The notes: generated from the sequence alone by a model not told the origin. A stretch of 64,000 nucleotides of DNA from a candidate division FCPU426 bacterium (GCA_963796105.1 CAWCKJ010000004.1:576001-640000), one strand, 5' to 3'. Numbered from the stretch's first letter, positions 19,764 to 28,940 are shown. Numbers and translations are program-made.

Positions 19764-20579
19764 TCAAGCCAGCAACCCAGTTTGCCTGAAGGAGAAATGC
19801 CCCTCGGCGGTCAGGATGAGGTGGTCGTGAACGGTGACCCCCATGGCCCTGGCTGCGGTGGCAACCTGGCGGGTCAACTGCTGGTCTCCCTCGGAGGGCT
19901 CCAGGCTTCCGCCGGGATGGTTGTGGGCCAGGATCAGGCCCGTCGCGTGGAGGTCCAAGGCGCGTTTCAGGATCTCGCGGGGGTACACGGCGGTATGGTC
20001 CACGGTTCCCTCCTGGAGCGCGTCAAAGGAAAGAAGGTGGTTGCGGTGGTCCAGGAAAACCGCCGCGAAAACCTCGCGGGGCCTGCTCCCGATCTGCTCC
20101 CGCAGGAAGGACACGACGTCCTCGGGGCCGGCGATCACCCGTCCCCGTTTGAACTCTTCCGAACGGGCCAGCCTTCCCAGGTCCCCCACCGCCTTCAATT
20201 GCAGGGCGCTTTGCGGGGGCAGTTCCCCCAGCACCCGCAAGCTGTTCAGGTCGGCCTCCAAAACGCTCCTCACGTTCTTGAAAACCGACAGCAGTTTTTT
20301 CGCGTAGGGTTTGGTGTCGCGGTGCGGGATGGAAAAGGAAAGCAGGAGTTCCAGGAGCTCGTAGTCCTTGAGGGCGTTCGCCCCTGAGGAGGCGTATTTT
20401 TCCTTCAACCGCCTGCGGTGCCCCAGATAAGAGGGAAGTTCTTCCAAGCGAATGGAGGGAACTCCCTGCTCGGGTTCATTCCCTTCCGGGGCGCTGTCCG
20501 CCCCTCTTTCGTAGGGTTTCGGCGCCTGTTCGATTGGACCGATTTCCAGGAAGGGCTGATTTGCCGTTAGATTTTTCAT
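19764..20579 (-). CDS. radC: RadC/UPF0758 JAB-domain protein
   Basis: GHRRRLKEK..DYELLELLL, REVF, GTVDHTAVYPREI and HNHPGGSLEPSEGD..VHDHLI motifs. Confidence 0.95.
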   Translation of the reverse strand: MKNLTANQPFLEIGPIEQAPKPYERGADSAPEGNEPEQGVPSIRLEELPSYLGHRRRLKEKYASSGANALKDYELLELLLSFSIPHRDTKPYAKKLLSVFKNVRSVLEADLNSLRVLGELPPQSALQLKAVGDLGRLARSEEFKRGRVIAGPEDVVSFLREQIGSRPREVFAAVFLDHRNHLLSFDALQEGTVDHTAVYPREILKRALDLHATGLILAHNHPGGSLEPSEGDQQLTRQVATAARAMGVTVHDHLILTAEGHFSFRQTGLLA

Positions 20580-20609
20580 GTTTTAACTCCTTTTTTTCCT
20601 TGACGAAGG

Positions 20610-20639
20610 ATACAGGAGTATACTAGCATACACTCGTAT
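20610..20639. promoter_or_regulatory. Two tandem palindromic ATAC-N4-GTAT sites, candidate LexA operators
   Basis: ATACAGGAGTAT (20610-20621) and ATACACTCGTAT (20628-20639) in the radC/lexA divergent spacer, just 3' of TTGACG (20600-20605). Confidence 0.65.
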
Positions 20640-20673
20640 TCTTTTCCAGCTAAAATTCCAGGAGGAAGAAATC

Positions 20674-21291
20674 ATGGCGTCATCGGAGAAAACCCTCACC
20701 GACATCCAGCGCAAAGTGCTTCAGTACGTCCAGAGCTACCTGACGCAGTTCAACCGCCCGCCCACGGTGCGGGAAGTCATGAGGCATTTCAAGTGGAACT
20801 CCCCCCAAAGCGCGCGCAAGCATCTGCTGGCTCTGGAGGAGAAGGGCTACCTGGAGCGGGAGGACCGCATGGCCCGGGGGTTGAGCCTTCCTGGTAATTC
20901 CTCCCCTGGGATATCCATTCCCATTTTGGGGAAAGTCGCGGCCGGATTGCCGATTTTAGCCGAGGAAAACCGCGAGGGGACTTTGGTGGTCGATCCCGCT
21001 ATGGCGCGGGGAGGGCGGAGCCTGTTCGCCTTGACCGTTAAGGGGGATTCCATGCTGGACGCGCATATCCTGCCGGGCGACAAGGTCATCGTCCAGCAGA
21101 CCACCCACGCCTCCCCTGGCGACGTCGTGGTGGCGCTTCTGGAGGGCGAGGCCACGGTGAAAACCTTCAGGAAAACATCCTCCAAAATCTTCCTGGAACC
21201 GGCCAACGCCAAGTACGACCCCATCGAGATTTCCGAGGGGGAGGATTTCAGGATCATCGGCAAGGTGGTCGGGGTCTTCAGCCCGAGGTGA
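20674..21291 (+). CDS. lexA: LexA SOS repressor
   Basis: PPTVRE winged HTH, Ala-Gly cleavage site (VAAGLP), catalytic Ser (GDSM) and Lys (ATVK). Confidence 0.96.
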   Translation: MASSEKTLTDIQRKVLQYVQSYLTQFNRPPTVREVMRHFKWNSPQSARKHLLALEEKGYLEREDRMARGLSLPGNSSPGISIPILGKVAAGLPILAEENREGTLVVDPAMARGGRSLFALTVKGDSMLDAHILPGDKVIVQQTTHASPGDVVVALLEGEATVKTFRKTSSKIFLEPANAKYDPIEISEGEDFRIIGKVVGVFSPR

Positions 21292-21402
21292 ATTAAAACC
21301 GGAATTTTTCGGTTTTAGGCAATTACCGAAATACCCATAAAAACCCATTCATTTCTCACTTTAACTTTTGAATGATCAGCTATTTATATCTGGAGGTTCC
21401 TT

Positions 21403-21891
21403 ATGCCCTTATTAGCCTCATCCGCGTTGGTTCGGGAGGCCCCGCTTCCCTATGGCTCCCACCCCATCGGCAACCCTGTCTTCGAGGTTTCCCTCAAGAC
21501 CGCCGGTTCCGCCGCGCCCTTAAAAGAACTTCTCAATGCCCATCGGCTGGTTGAAACCCTGCTTCGGTGGGAAATCCAGGGGAATTATGTTCTCCTGGAT
21601 TTTGTCCTTTGGCCCCAGGGGATTTTCACCCGCGTCTGCCTCAATAAGGGTTACTCCCTTTCCGAGTTCCTGGGCTTCCTCCGCGAAAAATCAACGCCTC
21701 CAGGCCGGACACCTTCCGATTATTGGCAGGATGAATTGACCTGGATCCGCCTGGTCCCGGCGGGAAGCCTTGAGGATTCCACTAACCGCTTCCTTCAGAC
21801 CGCGGATCAGGTCCGGGCTGAGATGGACCGTTCCCAGGGTTATTCCCCAAGCCTCTTTTTCTTTTACCGGAATCCCAATTTGCGAAAGTGA
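21403..21891 (+). CDS. Hypothetical protein resembling a catalytically degenerate Y1/RAYT HUH transposase
   Basis: GGAGG RBS; motif order LDFVLWPQGIF / SLSEFLGFLREKST / YWQD / SLEDSTNRFL mirrors RAYT FVIMPNHIH / SLS.II..FK / WQR..Y / L....YI..NP. Confidence 0.55.
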   Translation: MPLLASSALVREAPLPYGSHPIGNPVFEVSLKTAGSAAPLKELLNAHRLVETLLRWEIQGNYVLLDFVLWPQGIFTRVCLNKGYSLSEFLGFLREKSTPPGRTPSDYWQDELTWIRLVPAGSLEDSTNRFLQTADQVRAEMDRSQGYSPSLFFFYRNPNLRK

Positions 21892-22146
21892 AGGTTTCGG
21901 GGTTTTAGGGATTTCTGTCCATAGTGAACCAGGTTTTCCGGCGGAATATCTCGGCTTACGGATGGGTGTCGGCGGAAATGTGAGCGGGTTATCCCCTCAT
22001 GCCGACAGTTGCCAGCAGGGATGTGGGCGGGTTATCCCCTGTAACCAGGTTATCCTGGCCTGTTCCCGGGTTATTGGCGCCCATTATCCTGGCGCCAACA
22101 CACCCAAATCTCATGCTTCGCCTTGATGGCTCAGCATAGGGGTATC

Positions 22147-22480
22147 TCAGCCTGTTCCCGGGTTAAGTCCAACTGTTCCCGGGTTATCTCGGCTTGTTCC
22201 CGGCTTAAGTCCCGCTGTTCCCGGGTTATCCCAGCCTGTTCCCGGCTTAAGTCCAACTGTTCCCGGGTTATCTCGGCTTGTTCCCGGCTTAAGTCCCGCT
22301 GTTCCCGGGTTATCCCAGCCTGTTCCCGGCTTAAGTCCAACTGTTCCCGGGTTATCTCGGCTTGTTCCCGGCTTAAGTCCCGTTGTTCCCGGGTTATCCC
22401 AGCCTGTTCCCGGCTTAAGTCCAACTGTTCCCGGGTTATCTCGGCTTGTTCCCGGCTTAAGTCCCGTTGTTCCCGGGAAC
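22147..22480. repeat. Tandem array of 16 x 21-bp units with an 84-bp higher-order period
   Basis: TGTTCCCGG recurs every 21 bp from 22153 to 22468, alternating GTTATC/CTTAAG tails; degenerate units extend back to ~21980. Confidence 0.95.
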
Positions 22481-22636
22481 CTCTGGAACTGGCTTGGAAC
22501 CACAAGAATCCGGAAATCTTGGAACTTTGGAACTGCCTGGAACCGCGGGAATTCGAGAATACTGGAACCTTGGAACTGGCTTGGAACCACAGGAATCCGG
22601 GAATCTTGGAACCTTGGAACCCGGGAATCCTGGAAC
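22481..22636. repeat. Degenerate ~8-bp (T/G)GGAA(C/T) repeat tract, continuing at 25408-25421 beyond the IS21
   Basis: About 17 GGAAC/GGAAT-type units with an internal duplication of ~50 bp (22484 vs 22571). Confidence 0.85.
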
Positions 22637-22894
22637 TGTCACTGGCCAGCCACTTTAACCCCCCTGGCCGCCTACTTTGCCCCCCCTCTTTTGGGCACTT
22701 CGAGGGGTGCCTGTTTCGGGGACTTCGACCCCTGCCTTGCGGGGCCTCTTTTTTAGATTAATTTAGACCCATCAAACTCCTTTCACAAGATGCGTTTTGC
22801 TTCCCCAACATTGGATGATACGAAGTCCCGCGCAAATCCCGTAACCAATAGGCGCAAGATTGCACGAATAAGACAGCATCGAACGATGGGTTTC

Positions 22895-23674
22895 TCATAG
22901 TTTTGCCTCTTTTTCCCTGCTGTGTTCTTTTTTCATTTCTTCGCGCATGGAACGGGTCCGAAAGGAAGGGCCCTGAATGACGACGGCAGTGGCATGGTGG
23001 ACCAGGCGGTCCATGGCAGCCGAGGCTAGGAGGGCGTCGCCGAAAAGCTCCGGCCACTCCCGCAGACTGCGGTTGGTGGTAAAAATCAAGGAGCCCTTTT
23101 CATAACGCTCACAGATGATGTCGTAAAAATCCTCGGCGACCTTGGTGTCGAAGGGCTTGAGACCCCAGTCGTCCAGGATCAAGAGGTCGGGTTTCAGGAA
23201 GGATGCGAATCGGTTTTCCCAGGTACCGTCCCCGCGCGAGGCCGCTAATCGTTGGGCCGCATGCGAGGTCTTGATAAAGAGTACCTCATAACCCTTGCGG
23301 CAGACTTCATGGGCCAAAGCGCAGGCCAAATGGGTTTTGCCCACACCTGAGGGACCGATGAAAAATAGGTTCTCTTTTCGCTCCACGAAAGAACAAGTAC
23401 CCAAATCCAGGATTTGTTGCCGGTTGATGGCCGGGTTGAAGGCGAAATCGAACCCCGTTAGAGTCATATGGGTTGAGAAGCCCGCCTTTTTCAGCCTTCT
23501 TTGGAGTTGGCCCACTTGGCGGCGCTCCAGCTCATCCAACAGCAACTGGCCCAGGAAATCCATATAACCGATCTGGGATTCAATGGCCTGCTGGTTTCGG
23601 ATTTCCAGCGTCTCCAACATACCTGCGAGTTTTAACCTTCTCAGGTGCGGCTCCAACTGATGTTTATTTTCCAT
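22895..23674 (-). CDS. istB: IS21 helper AAA+ ATPase
   Basis: GPSGVGKTHLA Walker A, LLILDDWG, TTNR..W and MDRLVHH motifs. Confidence 0.95.
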   Translation of the reverse strand: MENKHQLEPHLRRLKLAGMLETLEIRNQQAIESQIGYMDFLGQLLLDELERRQVGQLQRRLKKAGFSTHMTLTGFDFAFNPAINRQQILDLGTCSFVERKENLFFIGPSGVGKTHLACALAHEVCRKGYEVLFIKTSHAAQRLAASRGDGTWENRFASFLKPDLLILDDWGLKPFDTKVAEDFYDIICERYEKGSLIFTTNRSLREWPELFGDALLASAAMDRLVHHATAVVIQGPSFRTRSMREEMKKEHSREKEAKL

Positions 23675-23687
23675 ATATGCTTCCTCC

Positions 23688-25244
23688 TCAATTTTTATCC
23701 AGAGCCAAGGCACGGAGGAAATCCTCCGCGGGCCGGGCGAAATCGAAAGACGACTGGGGTTTGAGTGAAGGATCCGACGGCGGGTCCAACGGGTTTTGAT
23801 CGAGGTTCTTTTGAAGGATGTTTTTGATGGATTGGTACGTGTAGTTTCCGAAATGGAGGGCCCTTAGACAGGCTGCCTCCAGACGGGAAGGCAGGTACTT
23901 TTCCCTCAAGCGCAGAATGCCCTGGGCTTTGCGCAGATGGTCCAGGGGGTGGGAGTGTTCCAGCAGGAGTTGGATTAATTGATGGGTATTAGGTCCAATG
24001 GCCTGGGCCTGTTTGAGGCACCATTGTGGGGTTCGTTCCAAGAAGACCGCTTTTTCAGGGGGATAGTGGCCCGGGTTGGTGCGCCAGGTTCCCTTGCGTG
24101 TGGCCTTGGCGTGGGAAGCCACGCATTCGTGTTTGAGAAATATATCAACGGTGGTGTCGGTTAATTGGGCCAGTAGTTTTTGGCCCCGAAGACGGTAGGG
24201 AGCCGAGTAATAGGAACCTTCCACGACTACGTGGCAATCGGGGTGCAGAGTGGCTTCTTTGAAGAAAGTTGGATGGTAAGCCGCGGTAGGCAGGGGCAAA
24301 AGGGCCTTCTGTTCCACGCTCTGGAAGACGGCCAAGGGTTGAAGCCGGGTGGTGCCATGATCCCGTAAACCTGCCTTGTTCATCACCCAATCGCGGAGTT
24401 GATGGTTGGCATCGGTGCGGCCCTGGAAGGAACGACCCTTGAAGAAGGAATTACGGACATAGGGCACGCCGCGTTCAACTTTACCCTTGTGGCGTGGAGT
24501 GGCGACACGGCAAGGGGAGATGATGAAGCCGTAATGGTTGGCGCATTCCACGTAGGTACGGTTGGCCAAGGGATCATAGAGGGCCGCCTTGACGATGGCG
24601 CTTTTCAGGTTATCGATTACGATTTTTTTAGGGACTGAATTGAAGAACTCGAAAGCCCGGCGGTGGCAGGCGATCCAGGTTCTCACGTCCTGTGCGAATA
24701 CAATCTCGGCGTACATATGCCGGGAATGGGAAAGGGTCATCACGAAAACCCAGGCCTTGGCTTGCTTGCCACGCGTCTCGTCCCACAAGCGGCCCAAAAG
24801 CCCGAAATCCACTTGGGCCTCCTCGCCGGGCGCAACCTCCAGCCTCACGTAGGCGGGTTTCTCATTGCGAAAAGGCTCCGTATACCTCTTCAGGGTCGAG
24901 TAACTCCCCTTCCACCCGTGCCGCTCTTGAAGCATCTCCTGGATGCGAATCAAGGTGAAATCTTCCTTCAACCATTCTTGGATGATTCCCTTGAGGGCCT
25001 CCAAGGCATGAGCGGGAACGGGCGTGGATTTTTCGCCGTCTTCCCAAGCCTTCGCCAAATCCTTTTCCAGGGGAAGTTCCCCTTGGAGAAAGCCATGTTC
25101 TTTCGCCCAACGCACGTATTGCTTGACCGTGTGCTTATTGCATCCCAGGGCCCGGGCAGTGGGTTTGAACCCGCCCAAGGCCTGGTAAGTCCTCAAAATC
25201 TCACGAATAGTCGCCATGTCGCTCTGCCTCCCTTGTCGGGTCAT
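23688..25244 (-). CDS. istA: IS21 DDE transposase
   Basis: PGEEAQVDFG, IVIDNLKSA and KGKVERGVPYVR motifs. Confidence 0.95.
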   Translation of the reverse strand: MTRQGRQSDMATIREILRTYQALGGFKPTARALGCNKHTVKQYVRWAKEHGFLQGELPLEKDLAKAWEDGEKSTPVPAHALEALKGIIQEWLKEDFTLIRIQEMLQERHGWKGSYSTLKRYTEPFRNEKPAYVRLEVAPGEEAQVDFGLLGRLWDETRGKQAKAWVFVMTLSHSRHMYAEIVFAQDVRTWIACHRRAFEFFNSVPKKIVIDNLKSAIVKAALYDPLANRTYVECANHYGFIISPCRVATPRHKGKVERGVPYVRNSFFKGRSFQGRTDANHQLRDWVMNKAGLRDHGTTRLQPLAVFQSVEQKALLPLPTAAYHPTFFKEATLHPDCHVVVEGSYYSAPYRLRGQKLLAQLTDTTVDIFLKHECVASHAKATRKGTWRTNPGHYPPEKAVFLERTPQWCLKQAQAIGPNTHQLIQLLLEHSHPLDHLRKAQGILRLREKYLPSRLEAACLRALHFGNYTYQSIKNILQKNLDQNPLDPPSDPSLKPQSSFDFARPAEDFLRALALDKN

Positions 25245-25459
25245 GCCGTTCTCCTCACATGAAGTGAAAAAAGAAAGGAATGACGGTTAGAGAGGCCCTT
25301 GGCAAGGGGGTCAAAGTCGGTGGCCAGACAGGGGGTCAAAGTGACTGGCCAGAGGTGGGGTCAAAGTGCTTGGCCAGCTAGGGGGTTAAAGCTCGCGGCC
25401 AATGACAGGAACTCTGGAACCGGGTTAGCAGGCCTTGGCTGGTACCCCTAGGGCCGGAT

Positions 25460-28237
25460 TCAGGTCAGAGGCTTGTCCTTAACAAGTTTGGGCTCTTTGA
25501 CGGCCCTGACCTCGTCCAGCCTGGAAACAGGGGTGTTATGGGGGGCGGTCTTGAATATCTCCGGGTTGGTTTCCATCTCCTTGCGGATCGTCAAGAGGGC
25601 CTCCGCGAACTCGTCCAGGGTCTTCTTGGGCTCGGTCTCGGTGGGCTCCACCATAATGGCCTCATGCACCACCAGCGGGAAATAGATGGTGGGGGGGTGG
25701 TAATTGAAGTCGATGAGACGCTTGGCGATATCCAGCGCCGAGACGCCGTACCGCGTCTTCAAGGGCTCCGCCGTCAGGACAAACTCATGCTTGCAGATAC
25801 GGTCGTAGGCCGGCGGGTACTGGGCCTTCAAGCGGGCTAAAAGGTAATTGGCGTTCAAGGTGGCCACCCGGCCTACCCTCTCCAGGCCCTCCTTGCCCAG
25901 CCTCTTGCAGTAGGCCAGCGCCCTTAAAAGCACCCCGAAGTTCCCGGTGTTCCCCTTCATGCGGCCGATGGAAAGGGGCGATCCTGACTTCTGGTAATAG
26001 CGGTTCCCTTCCTTGAAAACCCGGGGTTCCGGCAGGAAAGGCTCCAGGGCCTTAGTACAGCCCACAGGCCCGGCGCCCGGCCCCCCGCCCCCGTGCGGGG
26101 TGGAGAAGGTCTTGTGAAGGTTCAAGTGCACCAGGTCGAAGCCCATGTCCGCGGGCCTGCAGATGCCCACGATGGCGTTCATGTTGGCGCCGTCATAATA
26201 AAGCAGTCCCCCCGCCTCGTGGACCAGCCGGGCCACCTCCAGGATGTTCTCCTCGAACAACCCCAGGGTGCTGGGGTTCGTGAGCATGAGTACCGCCGTG
26301 TCCCGGCCCAGTTTCATTTTCAGGGCCGCGACATCCATGTTCCCCCTGGCGTCGGTGGGGATGGAGACCGTCTTCCAGCCGGCCATGGTGGCCGAGGCCG
26401 GGTTAGTCCCGTGGGCCGAGTCCGGCACGATCACGTTGACCCTCTGGTGGTCGCCCTTATCGGCGAAATATCTCTTGGCCATCAAGAGGGCGGTAAGCTC
26501 CCCTTGGGCCCCGGCCGCCGGCTGGAGCGTCAGGGCGTGGCATCCCGTGATCTCCTTGAGCCACTGCTCCAGCTCATAGAGGACCTGGAGGGCTCCCTGT
26601 GTCTCGTCCTCTCGCTGGGCGGGATGCAGGTCCATCCAGGCGGTTTGGGAGACGATCTCCTCGTTCACCTTGGGGTTGTACTTCATGGTGCAGGAACCCA
26701 GCGGGTAAAAACCCGTGTCGATGCAGAAATTCATGCGGGCCAGCCCCGTGAAATAACGGACCAGTTCCACCTCCGAATGGCCCGGAATCTTGAGGTCTCC
26801 CCGGGTCTTCAGCCAGCCCGGAAGGGAGGCGGGTTTGGGGTCCTGGAAGGGGCTTTTTCTCGCCGGTTCCAGTTCCTCGAGCAGGGTGCCAGTCAGGGGG
26901 TTTCCCACGAAACCATGGCAGGCCGACAAGAAAGATTCCAGGTCTGAGGGGCTGGTAAGCTCTGTGCAGGCCGCCAGGACGCAATCCTTGAACTCGGGAT
27001 AATCCTGGGCCAGGTCGTAGGGGGCCACCAGGCCCCAATCGCTGAGGAATTTGGCGAAGCCGGAGGAGGGGGGCCTGATCACGAACTCGTTGGCGAAACG
27101 GACGGTTTCGACCTTGAAGCCTGGGATTTTGGATATTTCCGTCGCCAGCGCGTGGGCCGCGGCGGCCCCTTCCTTGGCGGCGTCCCTCGCTCCCGCCCCG
27201 CCCTTCATATATAACCAGGCGGAGGCGAAATTCGCCATGAGGGACTGGGTCGTGCAGACGTTCGAGGCGGCCCTTTCCCGTCGGATGTGCTGTTCCCTGG
27301 CCTGGAAAGTCAGGACGCAACCCTTTTTCCCGTTTCGGTCCAGGGTTTCCCCCACGATGCGTCCCGGCACCTGCCGGATATCCTCAAAACGGGCTGTCAG
27401 GAAACCCGAATGGGGCCCCCCGAATAGGATGGGATTCCCGAAGGATTGGGCGCTTCCGGCGCAAACACCGGCCCCGAGGGACCCGGGGGAAGGAAGCAGG
27501 GCCAGGTTCATGGCTTCCGCCACGGCCGCCACCAGGAAGCAGTTCTTTTCCTTGCAGACCCGGGAGATCGCCTCTAAATCCTCCACCGTGCCGAAGAAGT
27601 TGGGGTACTGGACCACCACGACCGAGTTGGGCCAAAGGTCGGCTTTTAAGGACTCAATATCGGTTTCGGTGCCCCTCAAGGGTATTTCGCGGATCTTGTG
27701 TCCCTGGGGATTCAGGTAGGTTTGGATGACCTGCCGGTACTCGGGATGAACCGCACGGGAGACATAGACGAAGGCCTCGGCTTTTTTCACCCTCAGGGCC
27801 AGCAGGGCGGCCTCCGCAACGGCGGACGCTCCGTCATAAAGGGAGGCGTTTGAAACCTCCAGGCCGGTAAGTTCGGTCATATAGGTCTGGAAATCGAACA
27901 GGGCCTTCAGGGTTCCCTGGGCGATCTCGGGCTGGTAGGGGGTATAGGAAGTTAGGAATTCCGGCCGGGTCATGACCGCCTTCACGGCGGAGGGCAGGTC
28001 GTGGTAATAGACCCCCGCTCCCAGGAAACAGGGACGGCCGAAGACTGGTTCATTGGAGCCCGCCAGGCGCGCGAAATAGCGCCTCAGGTCATGCTCGGAA
28101 AGGCCTTTGGGAAGATTCAGCCCGTTTTTCAAGATCACTGAGGAGGGGACATCGGCGAATAGGTCGTCCAATTTCTGTACACCGATGGTTTTCAGCATTT
28201 CCTTTTCGTCTTCGGGAGTGATGGGGATGTAGGACAA
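25460..28237 (-). CDS. gcvP: Glycine dehydrogenase P protein, single-chain fusion of GcvPA- and GcvPB-type subunits
   Basis: YTPYQPEIAQG and REQHIRRERAASNVCT in the N-half; PLGSCTMKYNP, QPAAGAQGE and HLNLHKTFSTPHGGGGPG (PLP Lys) in the C-half. Confidence 0.95.
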   Translation of the reverse strand: MSYIPITPEDEKEMLKTIGVQKLDDLFADVPSSVILKNGLNLPKGLSEHDLRRYFARLAGSNEPVFGRPCFLGAGVYYHDLPSAVKAVMTRPEFLTSYTPYQPEIAQGTLKALFDFQTYMTELTGLEVSNASLYDGASAVAEAALLALRVKKAEAFVYVSRAVHPEYRQVIQTYLNPQGHKIREIPLRGTETDIESLKADLWPNSVVVVQYPNFFGTVEDLEAISRVCKEKNCFLVAAVAEAMNLALLPSPGSLGAGVCAGSAQSFGNPILFGGPHSGFLTARFEDIRQVPGRIVGETLDRNGKKGCVLTFQAREQHIRRERAASNVCTTQSLMANFASAWLYMKGGAGARDAAKEGAAAAHALATEISKIPGFKVETVRFANEFVIRPPSSGFAKFLSDWGLVAPYDLAQDYPEFKDCVLAACTELTSPSDLESFLSACHGFVGNPLTGTLLEELEPARKSPFQDPKPASLPGWLKTRGDLKIPGHSEVELVRYFTGLARMNFCIDTGFYPLGSCTMKYNPKVNEEIVSQTAWMDLHPAQREDETQGALQVLYELEQWLKEITGCHALTLQPAAGAQGELTALLMAKRYFADKGDHQRVNVIVPDSAHGTNPASATMAGWKTVSIPTDARGNMDVAALKMKLGRDTAVLMLTNPSTLGLFEENILEVARLVHEAGGLLYYDGANMNAIVGICRPADMGFDLVHLNLHKTFSTPHGGGGPGAGPVGCTKALEPFLPEPRVFKEGNRYYQKSGSPLSIGRMKGNTGNFGVLLRALAYCKRLGKEGLERVGRVATLNANYLLARLKAQYPPAYDRICKHEFVLTAEPLKTRYGVSALDIAKRLIDFNYHPPTIYFPLVVHEAIMVEPTETEPKKTLDEFAEALLTIRKEMETNPEIFKTAPHNTPVSRLDEVRAVKEPKLVKDKPLT

Positions 28238-28249
28238 ATTTTCCTCCAG

Positions 28250-28570
28250 TTAGGAATGGGGAGTTGGAAGTTAGGTGTTCAAATCATTAAAAAAATTACT
28301 ATTTTTAATCGGCTTTAGATAACTATTCCCCCCTTTGAAAAAGGGGCCTTTCGGTTTGTGGGTACCATAGGGGGTTTTCCCTATGAGCGCCTTTGGGCGG
28401 GGGTATTAGCTGTTTCTAAAATCCAAAACAAGTCTAACTTCCCCTTAATCCCCCTCTTTCAGAGGGGGAAAAAAATCAACGCCCTAAAAATTGGACAAAA
28501 TTGAGTTCATAAAACAAAACCTTTTGAGCTTCTCTTTTCATTCCGAACTTCTCACTTCTAACTCCTAATT
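28250..28570. repeat. Nested palindromic intergenic element: outer 7-mer inverted arms enclosing REP-like element copy 2
   Basis: TTAGGAATGGGGAGTTGGAAGTTAGG (28250) vs CCGAACTTCTCACTTCTAACTCCTAA (28543); the inner 28312-28470 is the inverse of 3177-3385. Confidence 0.75.
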
Positions 28571-28577
28571 TTTTACT

Positions 28578-28940
28578 TCAGTGGAGTGAAGCGAGATACT
28601 GCTCTTCCGTCATGAAAGCGTCCAGCGCTTTGGGGTTCTCCGATTGGATCACCGCGATCCAGCCGGCGCCCTCCGCGTCCTGGTTGATGAGCCCAGCCTG
28701 ATCCTTCAGCTTCCCGTTTACTTCCAGCACCGTGCCGGCGGGACTATAAACGTCCGCCACGGCCTTGACCGACTCCAGGATGCAAAGGCTCTGCTGGTCC
28801 GCGAGTTTCTTGCCCACATCTGGCAGTTCCGCGAAAACGATGTCGGAAAGCTGCTGGGCCGCGTGTTTTGTGACGCCGACGCGGATCTTGCCGGAACCCA
28901 GGTCCTCGTACCACTCATGGTTTTTGGTGAACTTGCGCAT
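28578..28940 (-). CDS. gcvH: Glycine cleavage system H protein
   Basis: HEW..VGVT..A..LSDIVFAELP; ESVKAVADVYSP lipoyl-lysine motif. Confidence 0.95.
   Translation of the reverse strand: MRKFTKNHEWYEDLGSGKIRVGVTKHAAQQLSDIVFAELPDVGKKLADQQSLCILESVKAVADVYSPAGTVLEVNGKLKDQAGLINQDAEGAGWIAVIQSENPKALDAFMTEEQYLASLH

Larger units (their letters stand above)
22637..25407 (-). mobile_element. Complete IS21-family insertion sequence (2771 bp)
   Basis: Ends TGTCACTGGCC.../...GGCCAATGACA; multiple subterminal TGGCC-N4-CTTT(G/A)ACCCC repeats; 5-bp target duplication GGAAC at 22632-22636 and 25408-25412; istA and istB inside. Confidence 0.96.

Noticed and set aside
22147..22480. CRISPR array
   Set aside because: Units are 21 bp with only 6-nt recurring linkers, no unique spacers, and no cas genes in the window.
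22123..22761. Cys-rich plus-strand repeat protein (SRVISAC)n
   Set aside because: Open only because the repeat lacks stops; it runs into the IS21 end and has no RBS.
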